From positions 1 to 64,000 of the forward strand of contig JAAILG010001239.1 in NCBI GenBank assembly GCA_012026655.1: a DNA stretch of 64,000 bases. Direction: 5' to 3'. The translations under genes were made by a program, and so were the position numbers. Below, in pieces: positions 22,616 to 34,220 of this stretch. Each line of letters opens with the position of its first letter. Positions within the stretch are counted from its first letter, which is position 1. The notes under the pieces were generated by a model that did no database searches, had not been told where the DNA came from, and worked only from the letters and a program-made list of their open reading frames with translations. This DNA comes from Hydrolagus affinis. Taxonomy: Eukaryota.

Positions 22616-22771
22616 CTTATAATTACTGATCCTTTCATCCTCCTTCTGAAATATTTCAGCATCGCATTCTTTTAAAAGTTGAACGATCTGAAAAGGATCT
22701 GAGGTATCTATATTCTTTGTGATGGGGTTGGATTGCTCTGTGATGGGGAGTGCCATCACATATTCTGGAAG
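22616..22771 (-). CDS. GCKR: GCKR exon 2 (156 nt): LPEYVMALPITEQSNPITKNIDTSDPFQIVQLLKECDAEIFQKEDERISNYK
   Basis: tacag acceptor, gtaagt donor; human AVPITEKSNPLTQDLD..CDAEIFQ. Confidence 0.97.
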
Positions 22772-23919
22772 CTGTAATAACAGAATTGCTGCACATCATC
22801 ACCATGGCCTAGTTTCATTATGAGATGAAAATACATGAATTCACGAACATTGCAAGGGCAGCAATTAGGTTTATAGACAGATCAAATCAAAAAGCTTCAG
22901 GAACTCATTTTCCTTTGAATTTGCTAATAGAAAGTGTGAGGTCTTAAATTCCAATTATCTCAGCAGGAAAATCCTTCTATTGTAAAATTTCAGAAACCAC
23001 AGAATTGTGGCAACCTGTTACATTCTGCCATAGTTTGGAAGAACTTTGGATCAGAAAACTAGCTTCCGAATTGAAATCAATGTAACTTCTTGGAAAATGT
23101 GGTCGTCAAGTGAAAGTAGAATTTGTCTGCATTATTTTGCCTTCCTGTAGGTGAATACAACAATAACAACAACAACTTGCACCTATATAGTACCCTCCAC
23201 ACATGGTAGTGTCCCAGAGTGCTTAACAGTGGCGAGCCTGACTCCGAGCTGAAATACGTGGGTTTGAATCACATCCTTGCCAGATTCAAATGTTATTGTT
23301 TGATAAGGTTAATATAAATAGGCTGTTCCCACTTGTTGGGGAGTCAATAACCAGGGGATATAATTATATGATAGCAACTGGGGGATCTAAAAAGAAACTT
23401 TAAGAGGAACCACCTTACCAAAGAGTAATGAGAATAGGGAACTCATTTTCCAAACGGTGGTTGAAATATATTTCAATAATATAGATGCATTTAAGAGGAA
23501 ACTAGATATCTACATGAGGGAGAAGGGAATAAAAAGATGTGGGAGTGGATAGAGATGCAAGTGGAGTACGAACACTCATATGGAATGGTTCTGTGCTGTG
23601 CAATCTAGATAAGTCCAGGTAAGTAGTCTTGGCTACAGTTTCAGTTGTAAAAAATTCAAATTAGGTGTGTAATTCTACAATCATATTTCCCAATTTAACT
23701 TTATGTTGATCAATTAGTGCCTACGTGACATGATAAAATACCAGTAACTGCAGTAAAGTAAAGAACGTTTAACAAACAGAACTCAGAACTGTGCTGTGAA
23801 CTCGACAGGAAAAGCCAGTTGTTTGCAAAATACGTTTTCAGAGACGCACACAGTGGCACTGTCCATGTTAACAGGAATTACAATAGATGAGAAGTCATCG
23901 CATCTTTTGAGACACTTAC

Positions 23920-23979
23920 CTCCCATTTTCCTGGCCGTGGAGCTTCATCATTAAGGGTATAATTTTTATTGCCATTCAT
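23920..23979 (-). CDS. GCKR: GCKR first coding exon (60 nt): MNGNKNYTLNDEAPRPGKWE
   Basis: ATG at 23979, GAG|gtaagt donor; 20 codons like human MPGTKRFQHVIETPEPGKWE. Confidence 0.93.
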
Positions 23980-24191
23980 CCTCCTTATTTCTGAAGAACA
24001 AAGTGATTTAGCTGAATTGGAAAATCCAAATAAATATGCACACACTAAGAAAGAAACAAAGAGTGTATGTTTGCTTGGAGGCTGACTTGGAATTTGATCA
24101 TTCTGATCTACCAAACCACCAAAATCCTGTGAACAGCTGTATATTCCAGTGGGATCAAATTCCTACTACTGTATAATAATTAATCATAATA

Positions 24192-24204
24192 GTTACACAT
24201 TAAC
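24192..24204. promoter_or_regulatory. HNF1-like site upstream of the GCKR ATG
   Basis: GTTACACATTAAC vs consensus GTTAATNATTAAC (2 mismatches); FOXA-like TGTTTGCT at 24068-24075. Confidence 0.35.
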
Positions 24205-24961
24205 CTTCTGAGAAGTGTCATGCACTGGCAGCAGGTGAGTTTTGTGACAACAAAATAATAGTTACAAGATGACTAGATTGGTTTGGATCATCTTTCCAGA
24301 ACACCCTCCTTACCACCCACCCATCACGGCATCACACCATTTTATAAATGAGTCCACTGTCTTGGCGTCAACCTCCATTACTAGCAACCTGTTCCAACTG
24401 TTAGTCATTCTCTTGGTGAAGAAACATTTCCTGATATCTGTCCTGAATTTGCCCTTTGCAACACTAAACCTATGTAATCTTTGACTAGACTTTTAGTCAT
24501 CTTTCTCCTCCCACAACCCTCGGTTCACACCAACGCAGATAATCATCCAGCAGTGTGAAGCATTTTGAGACGTCTTGCAGATCTAAAAGGCACTATATAA
24601 ATATTAATTATATATTGTATCTTAAAGTATTTTTCTGCAATTAGTTTTTCAATCCCATTTAAAATGTTGTACACCCTGATAAGATCGCTTGTGAAACATC
24701 TTTGCTCAAAAATTGGTATTTTATTATCGTGTGTTACTAATTGAGTTTATCAAATGAATTACATGTGATGACTATTTTGTTGTACTGTTTTCTTTGTCTT
24801 CTGATTTTTTTTGTTCCTTCTCCAAACCTCCTTCATGTTCCACTCTGTAAAGAGCAGCCAAGAAACGTTGAGATTATGGTTATTGCAATATCTCTTCCAT
24901 TGAGTGCAAATGCTGGAATTCCAGGGGTAAATTTTGCAATAATTCTTAAAATGTTCCTTAC

Positions 24962-25070
24962 ATTCTTCAAGGAATGCCAGGAACACCAGCAGATGGCATC
25001 CCTTTCCGGGCGAGTGGCTTGTTCTCTCACGCCTTTACTGCCACCATTTTGTGACCTTGAGACACGCAAT
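24962..25070 (-). promoter_or_regulatory. Candidate GCKR upstream promoter and non-coding first exon
   Basis: CpG-retaining cluster with CTCF-like CACCAGCAGATGGCA, ETS CCGGAA, YY1-like CAAAATGGTGGC, NR5A/ERR TCAAGGTCA, and minus-strand donors GTGAGA (25030) and GTAAGG (24961). Confidence 0.4.
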
Positions 25071-25546
25071 TAATTTTTTTAAATTGTATACTGTACACTG
25101 CTGTTGACTTTTGTTAAATATTGCTTTTCCCGCGATGAACTATATTGGAGGACCATTATCCCAGGCCAAAATATTAACTTACAGTGTTTGGATAATTAAA
25201 TATAATAATAATAATCCTTGCATTTTGATATAGGACTTCGCACATCTTCCAGACGCCTCAAAGCGCTTCACAGAATGTACTGTGAAGTGAATTGACTGTA
25301 TATCTATGGGTGAAATTACCTCAATCTAAATTACCTCAATCTTCCTTCTCTCCTCCAATGTATATTTACTTTAAATCTCAAGTTTTAACTTTAGACACAA
25401 TCTGACCATGAATGAACCCTACAAAATCTCAGGAGGACATTTGTAGCTTGGAGCAAAATGATGTAGGTTTGTATCCACCATTTGCCATACATAAAGCAAC
25501 CAATGTCTGTGGAATAACAATATTCCTTTTGCTTGATATTGCACCT

Positions 25547-26156
25547 GAACTATGGAAACTCTCTCCTCGTCGGCCTCCCCAATTCCTCCATTCACAGGCT
25601 GCAGGTCATCCAAAACTCTGCAGCCCGTGTATTATCCCGCACCCGCCTCCGTGACCGTATAACCCCCACCCTCGCCCGTCTCCACTGGCTCCCCATTCTC
25701 CAGAGGATCGAATTCAAGATCCTCGTCCTCACCTTCAAGGCCTTACATGGCCTTGCCCTGCCCTACTTAACCAATCTACTCTCCCCCTACAAGCCCACCC
25801 GGACCCTCCGGTCAGCAGGACTTGGCCTGCTCCAAGCCCCCCGTCCGAACCGCCCCACCATCGGAGGCCTGGCCTTCAGTTTCTCTGCTCCCACCCTATG
25901 GAACTCCATCCCCCAATCCCTCCGTCTCGTTTCTTCCCTTTCTTCTTTCAAGGCCGGTTTGAAGACTTTCCTCTTTGACCGTGCCTTTTGTTCCACCCCG
26001 AATTCTTCAACTTCCCCTACGTGTCTCACCCCTTCCCAAACACTTCCCTCCCAGCTCGGGTCACACGCCTCCTGTACAGCGCCTTGGGACGTCCTCCCGA
26101 CGTGAAAGACGCTCTATAAGTGTAATTTGTTGTTGTTGTTGTTGTTGTTGTTGTTG
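25547..26156 (+). mobile_element. Young L2 LINE 3' end with uninterrupted ORF2 C-terminus
   Basis: ORF 25533..26105: YGNSLLVGLP..IQNSAARVL..LHWLP..FKILVLTFKALHGLA..LWNSIP..FKAGLKTFLFDRAF; long (TTG)n tail. Confidence 0.93.
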
Positions 26157-27385
26157 ATCACATCAACGAAACATCTCAAACCTTTCCACAGGATTTACTG
26201 TAAAATATAGTGACTGTGTAAGTAAACACGCCAGTCAATTATGCTCACATTAATGTCCCTCAAACAGCCATGAAGTGAATGAACAATGGCATCTGGAGGA
26301 TTTTTGGTCAGAGCACTGGGAGTTCAAGCAGCTGTGTCCGTATTCAATAAAAAAATAAGATGATTCATCTCGGGTCTCCATTAACCATACAGACAGAGGA
26401 CTTGGGCCAGGTGATCTGTTTGCTTTCTCTGAGTACAGGATGGTGCAAGCACCTAGAAAACCCGAATAGAGGGGAGAAATCAGAAACGTATAATTGAAGG
26501 AATAAATCAAAATATTGTTTTGATGAGAATAAAGTTAATTTTCTAAATTTGAATGGAAATGTGAAGATTCTGGTTCTGGTAGTTTAGTGAATTAAATAGC
26601 AAACTGCTTGTTTGACACGTGGTATTACAAGGAATATTTATAAAGTGTGTCCTAGGCAAGGATACTTTCTGTAAACTATCTTTTGCAGATTTGGAAGTAT
26701 TGTTATGCTCAGTAATGTGGCAGCACATTCTTCTACTTTTCAGAATCCCAGTGACAGAATGAGAGGCTGTCATGACATGTATCCTACAGTCTGGTGCATT
26801 GTAAAAAAAACAACTCTGCTTTGCTTTGTTGTTAAAACAGATTATGATTCTCCTGCAAGCAACTTTGGGCTCGACCTTTTGACAAAGTTGGGGAGAATAG
26901 CAGTGTCCGTCAGCAATCAACCATTGACTGAGACATCACTCAGGTGGAAAATCCTACAACCATTGACATTGAGATGGGTGTTGGGATCTAGTTCGCCTTC
27001 AGCATATCAGAATATTTCCTAAACTATACTTCTAAATTTAAATCACTTGTTAGACCCCCCAATTATACAACAACAGCTGTCGGGATCATTAGAGGGAAGA
27101 AATAACAGTGACAGGTTACCATATGCAGGCTTCAGTGAAGTCTAAAATAGATACAATTACAATGCTTCTAATTCACTGTCAACAAAACTGACAAGACTGT
27201 TGGACAGATATGACAAGGCATAGCTGTGTAAAATTGACCCTGCGGTCTTCCATCTGGACACGCAACCAGTCAAAACAAAATCAGCTCACTTTTCCTTAAA
27301 GGACCTATAGTTTCAGCCTGACTCAGTAAGAATCAGTTTGAATCACTCTTGCCCCTGAATCGGTAGGTTATTACTATAGCATAGT

Positions 27386-27560
27386 GAGTCCCATAGCATA
27401 GTGATTACTGCACTCGCCTTGCTAGCGAGAGGACCCGGGTTCAATTCCCGGGTAGTGTAAAACCTTAGGGAAGTTTCCTTGCTCCACATACCTCTGTTTA
27501 CCTTACAGTAAGCAAGAAGCCGTTGTTTCAATTGGCGGATCACTTTGCGGGAATAAAAAC
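27386..27560 (+). mobile_element. tRNA-headed SINE variant with a longer CORE-like segment
   Basis: GAGTCCCATAGCATAGTG..GGGTTCAATTCCC then CCTTAGGGAAGTTTCCTTGCTCCACATACCTCTGTTTACC. Confidence 0.65.
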
Positions 27561-28139
27561 TGCTTTAAAAAATTGGTCAGTCAATCCATGATTGTTTGTG
27601 GGATACTGGTGGTTGGAGTTGGTTGAAATTATTCAGTAGTGAGGAGTGTGACTGGCGGCTATGGTGAAGCTGGCTACAAGTGGTTGTGTGCAGTTGAGAT
27701 GTAGAAGCTGTGAAAAATCTTCTTGATTCCCAGACACCTGATATTTTCATTCCCTTTCGGGCAGCCAGTCCGCCACTGCTGAGGACTGACAAAAATGCCA
27801 GAAAGATACAGAATCATTTCTGCACTGCAAGTAGATGTAAGGTATATGTGAATGAATGACTTTACAAGTGGCAAGCTGATTAAGATACACGTTGTAAACT
27901 GTTCTTTCAAATTAGCTGGACTGTGATTGTTTACAGCAACACCATGGTGTGAAAAAATATAATATTTAATGGGTAATTACCACTGCTGACAATATCACAT
28001 TGGCAGAATTCCCACACATTGATGTCTTTGAGAAGTCTAGAACATAAGAACATACATAAGAACATAAGAAATAGGAGCAAGAGTAGGCCATTCAGCCCAT
28101 CGAGCCTGCCCCGCCATTCAATCATGGCTGATGATTGAC

Positions 28140-28457
28140 TGGCGGTTCTCAACCAGGGGTACATGTACCTCAGGGTGTACAAAATTACTTCCAGGGGGTA
28201 CAGATGGCGGTACATTGATTTATTTAGCTCTCTTATTTAGTGTTTTATACTCTTCCAAATTGTATATTTAATTGTTATTCCCCTCGTTTTGTATGGGCTA
28301 GTTATTTTGTTACATAAGTAAAGCTTGGTCATAAAATGTAATTGGAATGAGGGGGGTAGTGTGTGTGTGTGTGTATGTGTATGTGGTTGGGTGGGGGTAC
28401 ATGATAATGTTGAAAATTAACAAGGGGTACATTACTGAAAAGGGTTGAGAACCACTG
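28140..28457. mobile_element. hAT (Charlie-like) MITE inserted in a SINE tail, with a CR1 3' piece (28043-28135) at its left edge
   Basis: TIR ..GGTTCTCAACC / GGTTGAGAACCACTG; GTCTAGAA at 28035-28042 and 28458-28465; paralog at 36629. Confidence 0.85.
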
Positions 28458-31400
28458 GTCTAGAAGATGTGAAAAGCACTATATTAAATGCAAGGATATT
28501 ATTATTATTATTAACAGCATGTGACCATCCAGATAAGGTGTGCATACTCCATTCCATACAACTACAAATTTCTGCGTACAGGTTGAATTCTCATTTGTTT
28601 CATTTGGGTACCCTTAAGAGTGAGGAGTTCCAGAATACGTAAGTCTCCTTCCCAGCTGATCAAACAATGTCTCTGTGAATGAATTTCTTTCCACAGATAA
28701 ACCACTGCCCACCACTTGTTAAATGGTTTGACTCAAAGCTTTCCATTTTGGCCACCAAGGCAGCTCCACTGAATTCTGTGGACCACATCATTTCAGTATT
28801 AGTATTTTTAAAAATCGATTTTCGCCAATAAACACTACTTTTGGTAAATATTAATCGATGAAATAAATGGAAATTCCCCTGGCTTCATTGTCAGGAATAC
28901 TATTATGGTGGTATGAATATGTTATTATTATGAATATTTATTATGATGTTGTCATCTCTCAAGGGATGACAGCGCATATTAATAGAAAGGTTCATGAAAA
29001 ACATATCTTCCGCTCTCTGGTATGTTTAGATTTGAGAGCAGCAAAATAAGAATTTGAAAACATCTAAAGCAGATAGGCAGTCAATTCACTTTACAGTATA
29101 TGGTATGAAGCACTTTGAGATGTCTCAGAGACATGATAAGGTGCTGTATCAAATGCAAACATTATTATCATTATTATTTTTGTGGTTATCCTTTTTAACC
29201 AATTTTCTGTGTACACAAAGCTGAGAGGTGGAAGAAGAAAAGGATGGAGACTGTGAGTCTTGCCTCAGTAGTGCCAAATAATCTAAATTCACCATTTAAT
29301 AACGTCCATAACAAACTAGCCTGGGTGTAACTGGATTAATTTCTGTGCAACCTGATCCCTTGTACCCAGGATTAAAAGGAGTCAATGAAGACATCTGAAA
29401 TAAGTGAGCGGGTAATGAGAAGACAAGTGTGGATGGTATTGTTAGTCCTGCTAATGCAATCTCTGACATGTAGCAAATTCATTGCAAACAGCACCAAGTA
29501 TGTTTAGCCACTTTAAACATTTTATTTCAAGCATTCCAGCAGAAGTCAATTGATTCATTAACATGGATGATTAATAATTGACAAGATGATTCCAGTCATA
29601 GCCAAATTACACACATTAACATTTGGTGTCATATCATACATTACCGCATTAATTTAGGTCAGGGGTAAAATATAATATATTTTGTGATTGCAGGTGAGAA
29701 GTAAAACACAAGATCATAAGATCATCTTAGATGAAGAAGGCCATTTTGTTCAGTGATCCCATTTTTCCAGAGTACCATCTCCGTACTGTACTACATACAG
29801 TACCAATGTTTCTTACATGAGGCCAGCGTTTCCTTTGGTCTCTATCACCGTTCCTGATAATTTGTTCAAGTTGCTAATTACCTTCTGTTCAAGAAAAGCT
29901 TCCTCATATCTGCCCTAAATAATTCCTTTTTAATGCAGTTACATAGTTATGCAGTTATGCTGGATGGCGTCTCAGAACACTATATCAAATGCAAGGATTA
30001 TTATTATTATAGTGGGGGAATCACAATTTCAGAATTCCCAAATGTAATTGTTGCTTATTTATCACAGGGGTAATTAAGCAACGGAAATTCCTTTAGGAAC
30101 GTCACACTTTGATTAAGTAAGTGTGGGCACTTACTTACATATTACTGTCCATATACAGCAACATAGTGCAATAAAAAAAATGTGGTCAGTGTGAAGATGA
30201 CAGGCAGAGAGGAAGAGATACTAAAAGCAAATGGTATGAATGACTATTGGAAAGATGTTCCTTTGGGAGGAGGTGCATGGGAACATTACTCCATGAACAT
30301 GAGCTCCAATCATCATGGGCAAGGTTCATAAACCACTGAGACCCAATCCATTGTTGGAAATGCCTCACATGATACGAGAATTTAGAAATAACAGCAAGAA
30401 GCTTATCTATTGATGGATTATGCAACAATGAGCTCCAATGAAATGGACTTAAACCTTACAATATCTATCACAGTGTATTCAGGCAAATCAGCAATATTCA
30501 TTTTTTTAAAAAAAACAATGTCTCTCTTGTTCATTCCACTCTGTGCAAAATATACAGCCAACAAAATATGTATTCAGTTCACTTCACAGGATATATTCTG
30601 TGAAGCGCTTTGAAACGTCTTGAAGATGTGATAAGGTGCTGTATCACATACAAGGATTATTATTGTCTTTACAATATACATAACAAACATTCAAAGTCAC
30701 CTAAACTCAGTCTAACATGCAGCACTTGGCACTCTTTCTACATTTGGAAATGTTTTTAAGTTGCAATACATTCTTCTTAATTATCACAATTGTAATGGGA
30801 ACACTTTACTGGCGTTACTCATTTGTTTAGTACATTTTCTATTGAAAGGGTTCCTTTTTCTTTCAAGGCTGTCTTGGAATTTAAGATTGTCAACCAAACA
30901 AAGATAAGTGCTACAAGCATATCCTCAAAGCTGGGTAAAAACGTCACATTCAACATGACACTCCCTGACCCTTTCAGTGGGTATCTGTACCACAGTTTTT
31001 CCTTGAGCAACAGCTAAGGTATATTAGTTTATGCAATATGGGATCCAGTTTGCAATATTCACGAAGTGGCTAATTTTGCAAGTTTCAAAAGGAATGAGCT
31101 TCTGTTAAAACAAAGTTGCTATGGTGCCACATTGGCCATGGTAACAGGCTTGTGGCATAGAAACCCTGACACCATAATTGACAGTATTACAGCTAAAGCT
31201 GCTCCAAATTATTAATTGTTGGGTTTAGTTTAATAACTACAGATGGAGCAAAATCTCAGGCAAGTTTCCTTACTCCGGACGCCATTATTTGATTGTTGGA
31301 TCGCTTTCCAGTGGTAATGTTTTCTCTCCCTCCAAAAAACATTATTCAATCCATGAGTGTGTGGGACACTGCTGTGCACAATTGACTGCCACGTTTCGCC

Positions 31401-31719
31401 CATAAAATAAACAGTCAATTCATTTTACAGTATTTTCTTTGAAGCCCTTTCTCAGTGACGTGATAAGGTGCTATTTCAAATCTGATAAACAGATATTCTA
31501 ACCAATCACAACAACAACAAACAACAGAATTACACATGTATAGCGCCTTTCAGGCCAGGAGGACGTCCCAAGATCAAATTTATCATTCACTTCACAGCTG
31601 ATTAGAGCACATTGCTGAGTGAGAATTGGCTGCTGAATTTGCCTACAAAATACACAGACTGCACTTTACATTAAAACATGCAGTGATGCTTTGTTATCAT
31701 CATGCTCCACCCTAACACT

Positions 31720-32065
31720 GTGATCTCCTACCTGCCTACCAACCTGTCTGTTCCCTTTGCTCAGCGGGCTCCGGCCTGCTCCTGACCCACTCAACCCCCA
31801 CCTTTGGCAGGTGAGCCTTCAGCCACTCTGCCCCCACCTTTGGAATTCCATCCTGCAATCTTTCTGCCTCACCCCCTCTCTAACCTCCTTCAAGTCCTAC
31901 CGCAAGACCCTCCTCTTCGACCATACCATCAAACACTCCACTTCCTCTCCCTTCCCTGCATCACGACCCCAGCTTGCGTCCAAAACACTGACTGTCCAGC
32001 GTTTTCTGATGTCCTCTGTCATGAAAGGCATTAAACAAATGTAATTTTGTTGTTGATGTTGTTGT
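31720..32065 (+). mobile_element. L2 LINE 3' fragment
   Basis: LWNSILQSFCLTPSLTSFKSYRKTLLFD plus tail. Confidence 0.82.
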
Positions 32066-33812
32066 GTCTTCACCTACTTATGAAGGCACCGGCTTCATCC
32101 CTCAAGCCATCTTGCTCTGCCCACTACAACTTGGTCACTTCAGTCTGGCCCTTAAACATGTAACCTCTGCAACCAAGTAATAAGGCGCTATATACTTGCC
32201 CCAGGTTTCGCCCTGCCTGGAATTGAACCCAGGTCTCTTGCTTGTAAGGCAAGTGCTCTAACCACTGAGCTACAGGACACCGTTTCATCCGACTATTATT
32301 TCCGATGCTTATTTCATCCGATGTGATTTCTTCTCACAGTCTCTCCACAAACACAATCTTGGTTGTCAGTCACATCATCGGTTTTTGCTAATCCTGCTTC
32401 TCCAGTCATGATCTAACCGCTGCTTTGCGAATACCTCGCCTAACAATCACCTGAGCGGTGACCTTAACCAGCCAGGTTGTGTCAGTTCCAGTAAATTTGA
32501 CAGCTTTTTAGCAAGCTGCAAGATGACAGTATTCTTTTCAGTCTCCTGAGATCATGCGGGTTCCAATCTTTTTTCTGTTTGTAACTCACTGAAGGGACCT
32601 TGTGTCATCTTGAAAGCAAGTGAAAAAAAGTTTTTGCCCAACAGTCAGTTATAAAAGGTATCACTGTCCCTCTCCAGTAAAGTCAAGTGTGAAATTCACA
32701 AAATTCATTCAATTTAACAACTTTGAGATTTGAAGATATGGCAATAAAAAATCTACTGAATATCAAAACCCCTTAACAGTTTGATGCGTGGGTGTTCTGA
32801 AAGGAAGAGATCAAATTAGCCAAAGCTCTTTTGCGATCTTGTGATTTGTAACATGTGGTAGCACAGAGGATAATGCACCATTTTCAGTGATCTGGACGTA
32901 CAATTTACAACCTTTCTTGAAGCACCTGTCTTTTCTGAAACACTAAAATGTACTACAGTACTTACTGACTGGTGAACTTCTACATGTGGTTAGCGAAACT
33001 ATAGAACTAGAAATAGCTAATTAAATATACTGTAGCTAGATTCATATTTAGACAGAATAATGCGATGATACTTATTTTTATTGCTTTGAGAACATTACCT
33101 TTTCTAAAATGTGTTCTTGAAAGCTTGTGTAGTTAAGCCCAGGTAATAAAAATGAAAAGCTTCTATTTCTGGATGCAACAATCCATCATATAGTGCAGTG
33201 ACTCTCCAAGGTTAAAAGAAAGACTGCAACTCTGTGTTGAAGAATACTAACCTGCAATGCTACAATACAGTGGCATTCCATCATTCTGTCAATAGCATCC
33301 GGTGAGCCTGTCCTATGCTGCTTCATTTATCAAACATTTAAAGGAAGATAGAGCTACACTGGTTCTAGCTCCCTCTCCACGAAGTTGGTTAAATATTAGA
33401 AGCTCGTGATTTTACAATATCGAAGGAGTACAATTTCTAATGATGTAATTTTTTCTGTTAAAAATGGAGATTAATTACTACGTTCAACCTTCTGAAGCTA
33501 ATATTTGTCTTGATTATATATTGATGGATGGAAATATTTTACCTAGATGTGAAACTGATTTTCAATCCTTATACAGTATTTTAATTTTTTTAGACCTCGT
33601 GTGAATTTTAATGTTTTTAGTAATTGATCAAGACTGAATATTCTGGGGTCACTTAGTCCTAATTGATGTTCCTAAATCCTAAAAAGGGTTTTATTCAATA
33701 TTTGAGCTGAACACTTCTATAGAGATTGTGGATAATTTTAATGCTTCGCTGAATAAATACTATGTAATTTATATTCCAATTTAGTTTATATACCAACCAT
33801 GATTTCTAATCA

Positions 33813-34220
33813 TCAACAACAACAAAATGATAAAACTACATTTGTGGAGCGCCTTTCACATCGGGAGGACATTCCAAGGCGCTGACCAGTCAGGGGTAGG
33901 GATCTGAGCATGGTGGGGTGTGGTGCAGGGTTGTCATGAGGGGGGGCAGAGAGATAGGATGGGTGGCTGAAGGCATGGTCAAAAAGGAGGGTCTTGAGTT
34001 GGGATTTGAAGGAGGCAAGGGAGGGGGCAAAGTGAAGGGACTGTGGGATGAAGTTCCAAAGAGTGAGGACAGAGTGGCTGAAAGCCCGGCCCCAGATGGT
34101 AGGGCAGATTGAGCGGTCGAAACGTAGCAGTCTGGAGTCTGCTGAACGGACAGGTTGATAGGGGGTAGGCAGGTCAGACAGGAGGAGGGGGCAAGGCCAT
34201 GGAGGGCCTAGAAAGTGAAA
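33813..34220 (-). mobile_element. L2 LINE 3' fragment
   Basis: ORF 33813..34226: GRAFSHSVLTLWNFIPQSLHFAPSLASFKSQLKTLLFDHAF plus tail. Confidence 0.85.

Noticed and set aside
2016-23979. Horizontally acquired or contaminant bacterial murQ
   Set aside because: The gene has 18 spliceosomal introns at human GCKR positions, the two-SIS-domain length, and vertebrate repeats in its introns.
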